Assembly: GCA_963809485.1 (NCBI GenBank)
Contig: CAWEJX010000001.1
Location: 224,001 to 288,000 of the forward strand
Direction: 5' to 3'
DNA length: 64,000 nucleotides
DNA from: an uncultured Acidobacteriota bacterium
GTDB taxonomy: Bacteria; Acidobacteriota; UBA6911
Translations under genes and position numbers: made by a program
Notes under the pieces: model-generated
Seen by the model: the letters and a program-made list of their open reading frames with translations, nothing else
Database searches by the model: none
Told to the model about the DNA's origin: nothing
Shown here: in pieces, positions 51,294 through 61,846 of the stretch
Layout of the letters: every line of letters starts with the position of its first letter
How positions within the stretch are numbered: position 1 is the first letter of the stretch

Positions 51294-51705
51294 GTGAAGG
51301 GAGTTCCGGCAGATTGAGAAGAAGCCGCACCATCATCTGGATCTGGGCTTTTTCAGCGCGTCCAAAGCCCACGACGGCGCTCTTGATCTCCAGCGGCGAA
51401 TACTCCCAAACCGGCAATCCATTTTGGGCCGCCACCAGCAGAGCCACTCCTCTCGCATGACCAAGCCTGAGCGCGGATTGCACGTTTGCGGCGTAAAACA
51501 CTTCTTCAATGGCCATGACTTCGGCCTTCTCGTGCGCAAGAATATCGCTCAAATCCGTGTATATCTTGAGGAGGCGTTCTTGAAAAGGCCTGCGGGATGG
51601 AGTCTTGATAGCTCCGAAAAGAACCGGAGCATGCTTGATACCGTCGGTTTCGATGATACCGTAACCGGTAGATCCACTTCCAGGGTCAATGCCCAGTATG
51701 CGCAT
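51223..51705 (-). CDS. ruvC: Holliday junction resolvase RuvC
   Basis: ILGIDPG, AIEEVF, LGHARGV, EYSPLEIK, DDAADALAVAICH. Confidence 0.95.
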   Translation of the reverse strand: MRILGIDPGSGSTGYGIIETDGIKHAPVLFGAIKTPSRRPFQERLLKIYTDLSDILAHEKAEVMAIEEVFYAANVQSALRLGHARGVALLVAAQNGLPVWEYSPLEIKSAVVGFGRAEKAQIQMMVRLLLNLPELPSPDDAADALAVAICHAHRMKHNYE

Positions 51706-51717
51706 CACCAGGCTGCC

Positions 51718-52464
51718 CTATGAAGCTTCCTTGAGCTCCGATTCATCAATGTCGAAGTTTGCCCAGACATTCTGGATATCTTCGTGGTCTTCCAGGGCTT
51801 CCATGAGCTTCAGCATAGTCTGAGCGTTTTTGCCTTCCAGTTTGACATAGTTTTGGGGCACCATGGAAATCTCGGCAGCTGCTGTGACGATTTTAGCCCC
51901 TTCCAGGGCAACTCTTACGGCATCAAAATTTTCCGGTGCAGTAAGGATCTCGAAATTACTCCCATCCTCCCGCAGATCATCGGCGCCGGCGCCCAGGGCC
52001 AGTTCCAACAGCCGCTCTTCGTCTGCAACCGACTTTTCGACTACAAAGTAACCCTTCCGGTCAAACATCCAGCCGACGCAGCCTGTCTCTCCCAGGTTCC
52101 CGCCATTTTTGGACAGGATATGCCGGAGTTCGGCGACGGTGCGGTTCCGGTTGTCCGTCAGGACGTGCATGAAGATTGCGACGCCGCCCGGCCCGTACCC
52201 TTCATAGTTTACATCCTCGTAGGAAACGCCCGGCAATTCTCCCGTGCCCCGCATAATGGCCCGCTTGATATTCTCGGCAGGCATATTGCTGGCCTTGGCG
52301 GTAGAGACCGCGAGGCGGAGTCTCGGATTGGCGTCGGGATCCCCTCCGCCCATCCGCGCCGCCGCGGTCATTTCCTTTATCAAGCGCGTAAATATCCGAC
52401 CGCGCTTCGAATCCGCAGCCGCCTTTTTATGCTTAATGGAATGCCACTTGGAGTGACCTGACAT
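51718..52464 (-). CDS. yebC: YebC/PmpR family protein
   Basis: [29 protein letters not shown]. Confidence 0.96.
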   Translation of the reverse strand: MSGHSKWHSIKHKKAAADSKRGRIFTRLIKEMTAAARMGGGDPDANPRLRLAVSTAKASNMPAENIKRAIMRGTGELPGVSYEDVNYEGYGPGGVAIFMHVLTDNRNRTVAELRHILSKNGGNLGETGCVGWMFDRKGYFVVEKSVADEERLLELALGAGADDLREDGSNFEILTAPENFDAVRVALEGAKIVTAAAEISMVPQNYVKLEGKNAQTMLKLMEALEDHEDIQNVWANFDIDESELKEAS

Positions 52465-52635
52465 AAAATGACTCCTTTTCCGTTAGAAGGATCCATTTTA
52501 TCATAGAAAGCGTTATCCTATAGGATCTTCTGGATGCAGGACAGGGAATTCGGACGAGGGGGTCATGTTACGGTTTTGGAACCTGCATTCGACCTCCCAT
52601 TTATCCACAACCTATAAGCTGAAAGCGGCTTAATT

Positions 52636-53208
52636 ATGACTCAAGACGAGGTACTCGATATTTTCAGACGGTCTGAAGCACTGCTGGAGGGGCATTTCCG
52701 GCTTACGTCCGGGCTGCACAGCGGTCAATATCTGCAATGCGCCCTGGTGCTGCAGAATCCCCAGCAGGCGGCCGTATTGGGGGCAGCCCTGGGGGAGCGC
52801 CTTCGGTCATTAGCCGGCATCCCGGATTTTGTAATCGCGCCCGCGCTTGGGGGAATCCTGGTATCGCACGAGGTCGCGCGCGCAATGGGTGTCCGCGGCC
52901 TTTTCGCCGAGCGCCAGGAGGGCGTTCTCAGACTGCGGCGCGGTTTTCAGATCCAACCCGGCGAAAGGGGTTATGTGGTCGAGGATGTCGTGACTACCGG
53001 CGGGTCTACGCGGGAAACCATGCAGGTTGTCACTCAGGCTGGGGGGATCGTTCTGGCCGCCGGATCTTTGATCGACCGCAGCGGCGGGAGAACCGATTTG
53101 GGCGTTCTCAGAGCCGCCCTCGCAGTTTTGGACATACCCTCTTTTTCTCCAGACGAGTGTCCGTTATGCAAAAGCGGAAGCCAGGCCGTCAAACCCGGCA
53201 GCCGATGA
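52636..53208 (+). CDS. pyrE: Orotate phosphoribosyltransferase
   Basis: GHFRLTSGLHS, VVEDVVTTGGS, KPGSR. Confidence 0.93.
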   Translation: MTQDEVLDIFRRSEALLEGHFRLTSGLHSGQYLQCALVLQNPQQAAVLGAALGERLRSLAGIPDFVIAPALGGILVSHEVARAMGVRGLFAERQEGVLRLRRGFQIQPGERGYVVEDVVTTGGSTRETMQVVTQAGGIVLAAGSLIDRSGGRTDLGVLRAALAVLDIPSFSPDECPLCKSGSQAVKPGSR

Positions 53209-53948
53209 AACTTGAGCGGAACATCAAACTGACCGTGGCCTTCGAAGGTACCGCGTATCATGGCTGGCAAAGCCAGAGCAACCTTCCTACGCTGCAGGGA
53301 TTGCTGTCAGAGTCCCTGGCGAGAATTACGGGGGAACAGGTAACATTAACGGGCAGCGGGCGAACCGACGCAGGTACCCATGCGCGAGGACTGGTAGCCA
53401 ACTTCCTCACAGCCTCCAGGATTCCCGCCGTACAGTTTGTCCGGGCTCTGAACAGTATGCTTCCCCGAGATGTTCGTGTACTGTCGGCCCGCCAGGCGCC
53501 GCTGAAGTTTCATGCACGACGCGACGCTCTTTCAAAGGTATATCGATACCAGATCTACCTGGGGCCGGTCATGAAACCGCATCTGGTGCGCGAGTTTTAT
53601 CACTATCCTTATCCGATCGATATTCCCAGGATGACCGAGGCCTCCCAGTCGTTTGAGGGTGAGCATGACTTTGCCGGCTTCGCAAAGTCGAGTTCTCTTC
53701 CCTCAACGACCATCCGTCGGATTTTCCGGTGTGAGCTGACAAAGCGCGGCTATCGCCTGCTTTTAACTGTCGAAGGGAATGGCTTCCTGCACCACATGGT
53801 ACGCAATATGGCCGGGACTCTTCTCGAGATCGGGAAAGGATCCATGGGCCTTCACGAACTCCAGGATCTCTTTGTCAACCGGGACCGCAGGCTGGCAGGT
53901 TTCACGGCTCCAGCACACGGCCTGGTACTCTTGAAAGTTCGATACTGA
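53205..53948 (+). CDS. truA: tRNA pseudouridine(38-40) synthase TruA
   Basis: ATG overlaps the pyrE stop (ATGA). YHGWQ, GSGRTDAGTHA, FHAR, GNGFLHHMVR, TAPAHGL. Confidence 0.94.
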   Translation: MKLERNIKLTVAFEGTAYHGWQSQSNLPTLQGLLSESLARITGEQVTLTGSGRTDAGTHARGLVANFLTASRIPAVQFVRALNSMLPRDVRVLSARQAPLKFHARRDALSKVYRYQIYLGPVMKPHLVREFYHYPYPIDIPRMTEASQSFEGEHDFAGFAKSSSLPSTTIRRIFRCELTKRGYRLLLTVEGNGFLHHMVRNMAGTLLEIGKGSMGLHELQDLFVNRDRRLAGFTAPAHGLVLLKVRY

Positions 53949-53995
53949 GCCACTGCCTGAATTCTGATATCATAGCTGGCGGGAGAATCTTCCGA

Positions 53996-54769
53996 ATGGA
54001 GCTGAAGGGGTTCGCGGAGCCCGGGAGTCACGAAGCCGGCCTCCTAAAATTGATTGACAAGAATCGGATGCCCAAACATGTCGCCGTCATCATGGACGGC
54101 AACGGCCGATGGGCCGGCATGCGCAAGCTTCCTCGAGTGGCAGGGCATCGGGCCGGAATCGAGTCGGTTCGGGAAATTGTCGAAAGTTCGGCCAAGCTCG
54201 GATTTAAGGTGCTTACGCTCTATGCTTTTTCGACCGAGAACTGGAAGAGGCCGCGCCGCGAAGTTCACACTCTGATGAACCTGCTCAAGGAACACATCCG
54301 GCTAGAGCTGGACAATTTTCACAAGAACAATGTCAGGTTCCAGGCGATCGGCAGGATCCAGGAACTCGAAGAGTCGGTGCGCAGCGAATTGCACAGGGCT
54401 ATGCAGACGACAGGAAATAACAGCGGCATGCTTCTCAATGTCGCTTTGAATTACAGCGGCCGGGCGGAACTCGTGGATACATTCAATCGCCTTCTGCGGG
54501 AATGCAAAGTGAACGGACATAAGCATCCGATCGACGAAGAATTGATCTCCCGCCATCTCTATACTTCAGGCCTGCCGGACCCCGATCTCCTGATCCGAAC
54601 CAGCGGCGAAATACGCATCAGCAATTTCCTGCTCTGGCAAATTGCCTATTCTGAAATCTATATCACGCAGACACTCTGGCCCGATTTTCGGCGCAAACAT
54701 CTTCTCGAGGCCATTCTGGAGTATCAGCGTCGCAACCGGAGATACGGGGGAATTGAGCCTAGTGGTTAG
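53996..54769 (+). CDS. uppS: Undecaprenyl diphosphate synthase
   Basis: HVAVIMDGNGRWA, YAFSTENWKRP, DLLIRTSGEIRISNFLLWQ. Confidence 0.96.
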   Translation: MELKGFAEPGSHEAGLLKLIDKNRMPKHVAVIMDGNGRWAGMRKLPRVAGHRAGIESVREIVESSAKLGFKVLTLYAFSTENWKRPRREVHTLMNLLKEHIRLELDNFHKNNVRFQAIGRIQELEESVRSELHRAMQTTGNNSGMLLNVALNYSGRAELVDTFNRLLRECKVNGHKHPIDEELISRHLYTSGLPDPDLLIRTSGEIRISNFLLWQIAYSEIYITQTLWPDFRRKHLLEAILEYQRRNRRYGGIEPSG

Positions 54770-54999
54770 GGATTAGGGATTAGAGATTAGGGATTGGGGA
54801 TTAGGGGCTTTGGGATTAGACGATATATTTTGGGCAATATCGGGGCTGGACAGGATTAATCGGGCTTGCCCGCAGCAATATATTTGAAGCCATATCCGGA
54901 GTATTCCAAATCAGGGATTTCGCCTTTCCGTCCTCGAATTTCCAATTTCGATCTAACACCTTGTCCCTAATCCCTAATCACTATCAGCTAATAACTAAT
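54766..54999. repeat. Inverted G-rich heptamer-array element (GATTAGG)n...(CCTAATC)n starting at the uppS stop codon
   Basis: GTTAGG GATTAGG GATTAGA GATTAGG GATTGGG GATTAGG ... CCCTAAT CCCTAAT CACTATC AGCTAAT AACTAATC. Confidence 0.7.
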
Positions 55000-55020
55000 C
55001 GCTGCTTTTCGGGGAGAAAG

Positions 55021-55824
55021 ATGACGCGGGTTATATCGGGGAGTGTGCTGCTGGTTCTTACGCTTCTTGGGGTGATTTTCGCAACCCCCGTTTGCTACCT
55101 GGTCGGGATAGGAATCATAGGAAGTGCTTGCCTCTATGAGTATTTCGGGCTCACTCGGGCGATGGGGATACATGTCCAACCCTGGGTCGGCTATTTTGCC
55201 TTCTGGATCCTGCTGGTCGACTTCCATTACAGGTCGTTCCCGCTAGCCGCCCTTTTGAGCGCGGTGCTGCTGATCCTGTTTTTGTCAGCCTTGTGGCGAT
55301 ACCGGCAGCCTGTTCAGGACCGCGCATTCGCGCTCATGGCTGAAATACTGGGAATACTGTACTTCGTTCTTTTCTTATACCCTGCTATTCCGCTGCGTTT
55401 TGATTATGGCAACGACGCCGGAATGCACTGGACGCTTCTGCTGCTGATCGTAATCTGTACAGGCGATACTGCCGCGCTCGTTTTCGGCAAAGCCATAGGA
55501 AAAACGCCCTTTGCCCCCATCTTGAGCCCCAAAAAAACCTATGAAGGGGCTATCGGCGGGCTGTTTTCCGGTGTTTTGGCAGCCATTGCGGCGCAGCAAT
55601 TCCTGTTCCGGGATCTGCCGTTTGGCCATGTAGTTGCACTCTCCATCCTGATTGGAATATTCGGACAGCTCGGCGATCTCGCCGAATCGATGCTGAAGAG
55701 AGCTGCCAACATGAAGGACAGTTCGCACTTGATCCCCGGACATGGAGGCGCGCTGGATCGTGTGGACAGCCTGCTTTTTGCAATCCCGGTCCTCTATATC
55801 TATTTATCCCTGCTCTATAGCTGA
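55021..55824 (+). CDS. cdsA: Phosphatidate cytidylyltransferase
   Basis: SPKKTYEG, GDLAESMLKR..MKDS..IPGHGGALDRVDS. Confidence 0.94.
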   Translation: MTRVISGSVLLVLTLLGVIFATPVCYLVGIGIIGSACLYEYFGLTRAMGIHVQPWVGYFAFWILLVDFHYRSFPLAALLSAVLLILFLSALWRYRQPVQDRAFALMAEILGILYFVLFLYPAIPLRFDYGNDAGMHWTLLLLIVICTGDTAALVFGKAIGKTPFAPILSPKKTYEGAIGGLFSGVLAAIAAQQFLFRDLPFGHVVALSILIGIFGQLGDLAESMLKRAANMKDSSHLIPGHGGALDRVDSLLFAIPVLYIYLSLLYS

Positions 55825-56027
55825 CGGTTTGCAGACCTGCTGCTTGCGACCGGCGACATGGGCTCCGTAAAGCCCATGCCCGCCTGCTTCGTTTTTCGGC
55901 GAAAATTCGCTGGAATGCGGATCAGGGCCTCGATATCCCGGTCGCACGCCCGCCGCCAAAACACAATTTGCAAATCGTTATATTCCGTCGATAGTGCTAA
56001 AATGCCGGTTTTGCAGGATAAAGACGG

Positions 56028-57224
56028 ATGAAAGTTTTATCAGTCCTCGGCTCCACAGGATCTATCGGTACCAATGCCCTTAAAGTAGCAGCGGCTTTGC
56101 CGGAGCAGTTTCAGGTGGCCGGGCTCAGCGGCGGCAGGAATGTCTCCTTGCTGGCCAGCCAGGTTGAACAGGTATGCCCGGAGATAGCCTCCTGCTCGGA
56201 TGAGCCCACTGCCAGAGAGCTGCAAAGTGTTCTCAGGCAGCGCGGCTATCCGATGGCACGTACACGCTTTGTCCATGGGCTGGAAGGGCATATAGAGGTT
56301 TCCTGCCACCCCAAGTCCTCAATGGTTCTTTCGGCAATCTCGGGAGCCGCTGGTCTCCTGCCCACCTTTTACGCGCTGGAAAACGGAAAAAGCATCGCGC
56401 TCGCCAACAAGGAAACACTTGTAATGGCAGGCGAGCTGATCATGCGTAAATCGCGAGAAAAACAGGTGGAAATTCTTCCCGTTGACAGCGAACACAATGC
56501 CATTCACCAGTGTTTGAGAGGGGGCCGGCGTGAAGAAGTGCGGCGCCTTATCCTTACCGCCTCCGGAGGTCCATTCCGCGAAACACCCAAGGAAAAGTTC
56601 TCCTTAGTGACTCTTGAGCAGGCTCTCAATCATCCCACCTGGCGCATGGGCCGGAAAATCACCATAGATTCTGCTACCCTTATGAATAAAGGGCTCGAAG
56701 TCATTGAAGCCTCCTGGCTGTTCGGAATCCCCGCCGGCGAGATCGACATCGCCGTGCATCCTCAAAGCATCGTTCATTCGATGGTTGAATTCTCCGATGG
56801 CTCCATCCTGGCTCAGCTGGGAGTGACCGATATGCGCCTTGCGATTCAGTATGCCCTCACCTATCCCGAAAGGTGGCAGTCGCCGCTTCCCTCGCTGGAT
56901 ATTTTCAGGATGCCCAAGCTGGAGTTTCTGGAGCCCGACCAGGAGAAATTCCGCTGCCTCGGACTGGCATACAGGGCTTTGAGAAATGGAGGCACGTTGC
57001 CCGCAGTCCTCAACGCGGCCAATGAAGTTGCCGTGGAGGCTTTTCTGAACCGCAGGATCGCATTTCATGAAATTCCGCAGATCATCGAATCGGTGATGGA
57101 CGCGCATCCGGTACGGGAATCCGTTGATCTGGAGACAATACTCAAGGCAGACGCGTGGGCAAGAACCGAGGCCGAAGCCCGAACGTCAAGCCGGCACACT
57201 GTGCGGACTGCATCGCTCGGATAG
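56028..57224 (+). CDS. dxr: 1-deoxy-D-xylulose-5-phosphate reductoisomerase
   Basis: LGSTGSIG, LANKE, PVDSEHNA, TASGGPF, HPTWRMG.KITIDSAT, NAANE. Confidence 0.97.
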   Translation: MKVLSVLGSTGSIGTNALKVAAALPEQFQVAGLSGGRNVSLLASQVEQVCPEIASCSDEPTARELQSVLRQRGYPMARTRFVHGLEGHIEVSCHPKSSMVLSAISGAAGLLPTFYALENGKSIALANKETLVMAGELIMRKSREKQVEILPVDSEHNAIHQCLRGGRREEVRRLILTASGGPFRETPKEKFSLVTLEQALNHPTWRMGRKITIDSATLMNKGLEVIEASWLFGIPAGEIDIAVHPQSIVHSMVEFSDGSILAQLGVTDMRLAIQYALTYPERWQSPLPSLDIFRMPKLEFLEPDQEKFRCLGLAYRALRNGGTLPAVLNAANEVAVEAFLNRRIAFHEIPQIIESVMDAHPVRESVDLETILKADAWARTEAEARTSSRHTVRTASLG

Positions 57225-57394
57225 GCGGTCCCGATTCCGCGCGAAAAATCTTCGGTCCTGACCGTGGGACTTTCGCCCGATATTGCCATGCCGTGGCCCC
57301 TAATCCCGGCATAAACGAGCATCAGATCGATTATTGAGCCTTTTCACTCTTTAGGGCATCATTATGGAGAGTCGGTAGAGGGGTATTCACATTG

Positions 57395-58774
57395 ATGATC
57401 ACAATTCTGGCATTTGTGGTTGTTCTGGGCATCACAATTACGGTTCATGAATTCGGCCATTTCGCCATGGCCAAGCTTCTGAAAATCAGGGTCCTGGTTT
57501 TTTCTCTTGGCTTTGGGCCGAAGCTCGTAGGCTTCACCCGCGGTGGCACAGAATACAGGCTGAGCCCGATTCCATTGGGCGGCTACGTAAAAATGGCCGG
57601 CGAAACCTATGATGATGAGCGGAAAGGAGCTCCGGACGAATTTTTGTCCCACCCCAAGAGGCACAGATTTCTGGTTGCCGTTGCCGGCCCTTTCATGAAC
57701 ATACTTCTGGCTGTCGTCATTGTTTCTCTGTCCTACATGCAGGGTGTAAACGTCCCCAGATATCCCAAGGGGCCGGCGCTTGTAGGGCCGGTGGCTGCCG
57801 ATTCGATCGCGAAACGATCGGGGCTGGAAACAGGAGACCTGATCGTCTCCGTTAATAACAATCCTATCAAGACATGGGAGGATATGGAGATAGCGCTGGG
57901 AACCGCGCCCAGGGGCACCCTGAATCTGGAGGTGAGCCGAAGCGGCCGGATCCTGCAGCTTCGCCTGGATTCTCCTTCGAGCCAGCAGTCAGAAGTGGAT
58001 CCGGCGTCCCTCGGTTTTAAATTCTCTTTACCCTGGACGATTGTTTCCGATGTGGATCAAAACTCCCCTGCGCACAAGGCAGGTTTAAAAAGAGGGGACG
58101 AGATCCTCTCGGTCCGAACGAACGGTAAAGTCGGCACGGATTACAATCAGATCCTGAACATTATTTCGGAGAGCAAGGGTATTCCCCTGGATTTTGCCGT
58201 CAAACGCCCGGATGTGCCGCCTGCGCCAGAGGAGGTTGGCGAAATATCCCGGTCCCGGCAGGGCAAAATCATTCGTATCAGCGTCACCCCAATCGAGGAA
58301 AAGGGGCGTGTAATTGTCGGTTTTGTACCCGACATTCCCTCGGACCTTCAAAAGTTCGGAATTGCCGGGGCACTCGCCCAATCGATTCGCCGGAACTATG
58401 ATATGTCCGCCTTGACCTTCAGGATCATAGGAAGAATTTTGAAGGGCTCGGCCTCTGTTCGCACACTGTCAGGACCCATCGAGATCGCACGGATATCCGG
58501 GAGCGCCGCCCGTACAGGCAGCGCCCGGATTTTCTTCGGTTTTTTGGGATTGGTCAGTCTGCAGCTCGGCGTCTTCAACCTGCTTCCCATCCCGATCCTG
58601 GATGGCGGAGTGATCGCGCTTCTGCTGATAGAGGGACTGATTCGGCGGGACCTCAGCCTCAACCTAAAAGAGAAAATCGTTCAGGCGGGCTTCGTTTTCC
58701 TGATCCTCCTCATGGGTTTCGTCGTTTTCAATGACCTGTCGAAGATTGTTGCCATCGACCGGTTGTTCCGGTAG
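57395..58774 (+). CDS. rseP: RIP metalloprotease RseP (two PDZ domains)
   Basis: HEFGH, PLGGYVKM, AGPFMN, NLLPIPILDGG. Confidence 0.95.
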   Translation: MITILAFVVVLGITITVHEFGHFAMAKLLKIRVLVFSLGFGPKLVGFTRGGTEYRLSPIPLGGYVKMAGETYDDERKGAPDEFLSHPKRHRFLVAVAGPFMNILLAVVIVSLSYMQGVNVPRYPKGPALVGPVAADSIAKRSGLETGDLIVSVNNNPIKTWEDMEIALGTAPRGTLNLEVSRSGRILQLRLDSPSSQQSEVDPASLGFKFSLPWTIVSDVDQNSPAHKAGLKRGDEILSVRTNGKVGTDYNQILNIISESKGIPLDFAVKRPDVPPAPEEVGEISRSRQGKIIRISVTPIEEKGRVIVGFVPDIPSDLQKFGIAGALAQSIRRNYDMSALTFRIIGRILKGSASVRTLSGPIEIARISGSAARTGSARIFFGFLGLVSLQLGVFNLLPIPILDGGVIALLLIEGLIRRDLSLNLKEKIVQAGFVFLILLMGFVVFNDLSKIVAIDRLFR

Positions 58775-59119
58775 CTAGTTCTTGTCAAAGCCGGAAAGCG
58801 CAGCCTGCTCAGTATCATAGACCTGGAATACGGTCAGCAACTTGGTAATGGCGAGCAATTCCTGGATCTTCTTCGTCAGGTGCAGGAGCACAAGTTTCCC
58901 GCCGTTGCTGGTGACCGTGGTATAGGTGCTTACAAGTTCACCGATACCGGAGCTGTCGATGTAACTCACGTCTGCCAAGTTCAGGATAATCTTTTTCCCG
59001 TCGCCCTTCAGAATGTCGCGCACCGTATTGCGAACAGCCATGGTTCCCTCTCCCAGGGTGATCTTGCCGCTGCAATCCAAAATCCGGACATCCCCAATGG
59101 TGCGTGTCTCAATCTTCAT
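58775..59119 (-). CDS. STAS-domain anti-sigma factor antagonist (RsbV/SpoIIAA-like)
   Basis: LNLADVSYIDSSGIGELV. Confidence 0.92.
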   Translation of the reverse strand: MKIETRTIGDVRILDCSGKITLGEGTMAVRNTVRDILKGDGKKIILNLADVSYIDSSGIGELVSTYTTVTSNGGKLVLLHLTKKIQELLAITKLLTVFQVYDTEQAALSGFDKN

Positions 59120-59129
59120 ATTGCTCTCC

Positions 59130-59558
59130 TTAATTTTGGGTAACTACCTTAACCATAAATACTTCGGTCCCTCCTTGGGGGAGAGACCTGAATTCGACCT
59201 CATCCATAAAAGTGCGCATATAAAAAATTCCGCGGCCGCTCGGCTTAAGCAGGTTCTCGGAATCCAGCGGATTCGGTATTTTGTCGGCACGGAAACCGTT
59301 GCCCTGGTCCCTGACCGTAATGGACAGTCTGTCCGCCTCCATTTCAAAGCAGATATGCACTCTTTTGTTTAAATCCAGCTTGTTTCCGTGCTGTATCGCG
59401 TTGGTAACCGACTCGCGAACCGACATCCCCACCTGGTGCGCAGAATCCTCATCGAAATTCATAAAACCGGTAATGCAATCCGTGAGGATCTCGATCAGGT
59501 CGAGGTTGTCCAGCGCACTGCTTATTATAACCTCAATCTCGTTGGCTAGTGTCTTCAT
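59130..59558 (-). CDS. RsbW-like anti-sigma/Ser kinase (HATPase_c)
   Basis: ESVTNAIQHGN, DQGNGF, SGRGIFYMRTFMDEV. Confidence 0.9.
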   Translation of the reverse strand: MKTLANEIEVIISSALDNLDLIEILTDCITGFMNFDEDSAHQVGMSVRESVTNAIQHGNKLDLNKRVHICFEMEADRLSITVRDQGNGFRADKIPNPLDSENLLKPSGRGIFYMRTFMDEVEFRSLPQGGTEVFMVKVVTQN

Positions 59559-59770
59559 CAGGTGGCATCAACAAGACTGGGAAAATAATTCTGAAAGCGC
59601 CATTTGGAGACGCAGGGATTCATCTTAATAGCCATGCTTCAAGCCTGTCAAGGCATATAACGGGAGAACTGTGCCCCGTGCTGCTGTGCGCGCAAATCCT
59701 ACATTCCACCCATATTCACGCCTGTCATACAAGACACTACAATTTCCAGGGCAAACACTCAAGAGCCTAG

Positions 59771-61846
59771 CCCGAGTTTACCACCTGTAGGCGGCAAAAT
59801 TCCATTTTGATCAGTATTGAAGCGGCTGCGAGTGATCCCGAAACGTATGACCTAATTTGAGACGTACCGAGCCAGATCGAGGGCTTTCAGAATGGCGGCT
59901 TGTTCCGCGTCCTGTTGTGACAGGTCGACTTGCATGCGCGGTTCCGCACCCTTTGGGGTTGGATATAGATTCACCACTTCATTGATGTCTTTCAGCCGTT
60001 CCATCATGCGCGCAATGCTCATGCGGATCCCAGCTTGTGCGAGCTTGCGGCATAGCAGGCTCGTTATCATTAAAGCCAGCACGCAATAAAAAGCATGGAC
60101 TCGGAGCTTTTGATCGGTCCAATGATGCGTGGGACGGAAGGCAAGGAACCGGGGATCTTTCATGCGGCGGAATGCTGCTTCCACGTGAGATTGGCTCCGA
60201 TAGGCCAACACGATCTGTTCGTCGGTCCATTCTTCCCGATCCGTGAACAGGATTGTTTTGCCCAGAAGGGTTCGATCCAATCGATCCCATTCTCGATCTC
60301 TGAAAGCCCATCGGAGCCGAGGGATCTGATCCTTGCCCAGGATCACTTTGGCAGAAAAGAGTTGGGTCATGTGGCGGCCTGCAAGAATACTTTGAACGCG
60401 GTTGCGGCTTCCCTGCAGCGTGGGTTTCTTCCCTCGGGAGTTCGGACCGCTATGGCGTTGGAGAGACAGCTGCAGTTGCTGCAGTTTGCGCCGGCGTTTT
60501 GCGATTTCGCGCCTCAGAGTCTTGACCTGTGCCCGGTAAAGCTCGCGGTTGTATGTGACCAAGACGGTACGCCGGATCCCAAAGACCTCTTTTTGCGTTC
60601 GGTAGCTCCAGACGGAAGGCAGCAGGCTTTTGTCCAATCGATGCATCTCGTCTCGAGAGATGCGCAGGAGTTGCGGATGCTGGCTGGGAACCAGAGATCC
60701 GACGAAGTGGTAGGGCCCGGCGTTGACGGCATCCAGGTTCTCCTTGGAGTTATTCCCCTTGTCGAAGACGAGCGTAATGTCACAGACACCCTCGGACAGC
60801 TTCCGGCAGCGGTCAGCCAAATCCTCGGCTACGCTGGAGAATGTCACCGAGTCGTGCTGGTTGCCCGCGTAAGTGCAATGAAACAGAGGGACGTCGCCGT
60901 CGGAGGTGACCAAAAGGGCCAAGCCGATAATGCGCAAATTGTCCCGCCCTTCTTTACCATGGCCGCGCTGCGGCAGTTTCGCCCGATCGTTGAAGCTGTC
61001 GATAAAGGTGAAAAAGTTGGTGGCATCAAAAAGCAGGCATTTCAGGTCCAGGCCGAATCGGGATACCGCGACTGCGGAGATATCCGCCTCGATCTTGCCG
61101 ATTTCCGGTTGATTGACCCGATTCATATTGTCCCAGAAGCGCTGGCTGGAAAGCTGGGAACTCTTGATGCCAAGCAGGCGGGGAAGTACGGTTTTGTCAT
61201 ACCATTCGCCGGTTTTCGCCTTGCTGCAGGGCGCCATGCAACGGTTGAGGCAAGCAACCAGCAGATACTCGCCGACCGAAGGCCCCTGGTTCCCCTCCTT
61301 GGGGACGTGACGGTCAATAATGGAAACGACCTCCAGTTTTTGGGCCATATCGAAGGTTGCGGCGGAAGCGCCAAATTCCCGGACGATGATTTCCTGGGGT
61401 CTGGGGTTGGTGAGCCTCAGGGTCAGCTGTTGGGGCGTGCCGATATATTCCTGCCAGACGATTTTGGGCTTGCCGCCCACACGGCGGCACTCCCGCAGGT
61501 AGTAGTAGGGCCTTCCCTTGATGAACTTCTTGGTCAAGCTTGCCATGGTTAGGTCATACAATATTTTACTCGTGATGTCAAGATATTGTTGTGCAGATTG
61601 CCTGAAGGCCCAATATATAGTATCAAAGAAATGCGGATGTCTTGATAAATTAGGCATTACAGAAAGATATTCTTAGGAAATAGTTCAGTGCTTTGCGACA
61701 ATATTACTGCGTGGCTGGCGGCAATGCCAGGCGGTCGTCGTGGAGGTATAAATGGATTATAGTTAGGTCATACATAATATGTTGCTTGCAGGGGCTTCAA
61801 TGCTGATCAAAATGGAATTTTGCCGCCTACGGGTGGTAAACTCGGG
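59771..61846 (-). mobile_element. IS1634-family insertion sequence (~2076 bp) with 53 bp terminal IRs, flanked by CTAG
   Basis: CCCGAGTTTACCACCTGTAGGCGGCAAAATTCCATTTTGATCAGTATTGAAGC (59771-59823) versus the reverse complement of 61794-61846: 2 mismatches. CTAG at 59767-59770 and 61847-61850. Confidence 0.88.
59852..61546 (-). CDS. IS1634-family transposase
   Basis: MASLTKKFIKGRPYYY...RVGGKP, FDATNFF, GNQHD, VFDKG, YRSQSHVEAAFRRMK, HWTDQKLRVHAFYCVLAL. Confidence 0.92.
   Translation of the reverse strand: MASLTKKFIKGRPYYYLRECRRVGGKPKIVWQEYIGTPQQLTLRLTNPRPQEIIVREFGASAATFDMAQKLEVVSIIDRHVPKEGNQGPSVGEYLLVACLNRCMAPCSKAKTGEWYDKTVLPRLLGIKSSQLSSQRFWDNMNRVNQPEIGKIEADISAVAVSRFGLDLKCLLFDATNFFTFIDSFNDRAKLPQRGHGKEGRDNLRIIGLALLVTSDGDVPLFHCTYAGNQHDSVTFSSVAEDLADRCRKLSEGVCDITLVFDKGNNSKENLDAVNAGPYHFVGSLVPSQHPQLLRISRDEMHRLDKSLLPSVWSYRTQKEVFGIRRTVLVTYNRELYRAQVKTLRREIAKRRRKLQQLQLSLQRHSGPNSRGKKPTLQGSRNRVQSILAGRHMTQLFSAKVILGKDQIPRLRWAFRDREWDRLDRTLLGKTILFTDREEWTDEQIVLAYRSQSHVEAAFRRMKDPRFLAFRPTHHWTDQKLRVHAFYCVLALMITSLLCRKLAQAGIRMSIARMMERLKDINEVVNLYPTPKGAEPRMQVDLSQQDAEQAAILKALDLARYVSN

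Noticed and set aside
52737-53204. N-terminal extension of TruA in the ORF track
   Set aside because: It overlaps pyrE; the real start is ATG 53205 (ATGA coupling).
54766-54820. Eukaryotic telomere contamination
   Set aside because: The period is 7 rather than 6, the tract is degenerate, it is embedded in the uppS-cdsA operon and it is paired with an inverted arm.
60095-61552. 485 aa plus-strand ORF inside the IS1634 element
   Set aside because: Antisense shadow of the transposase with no recognisable motifs.
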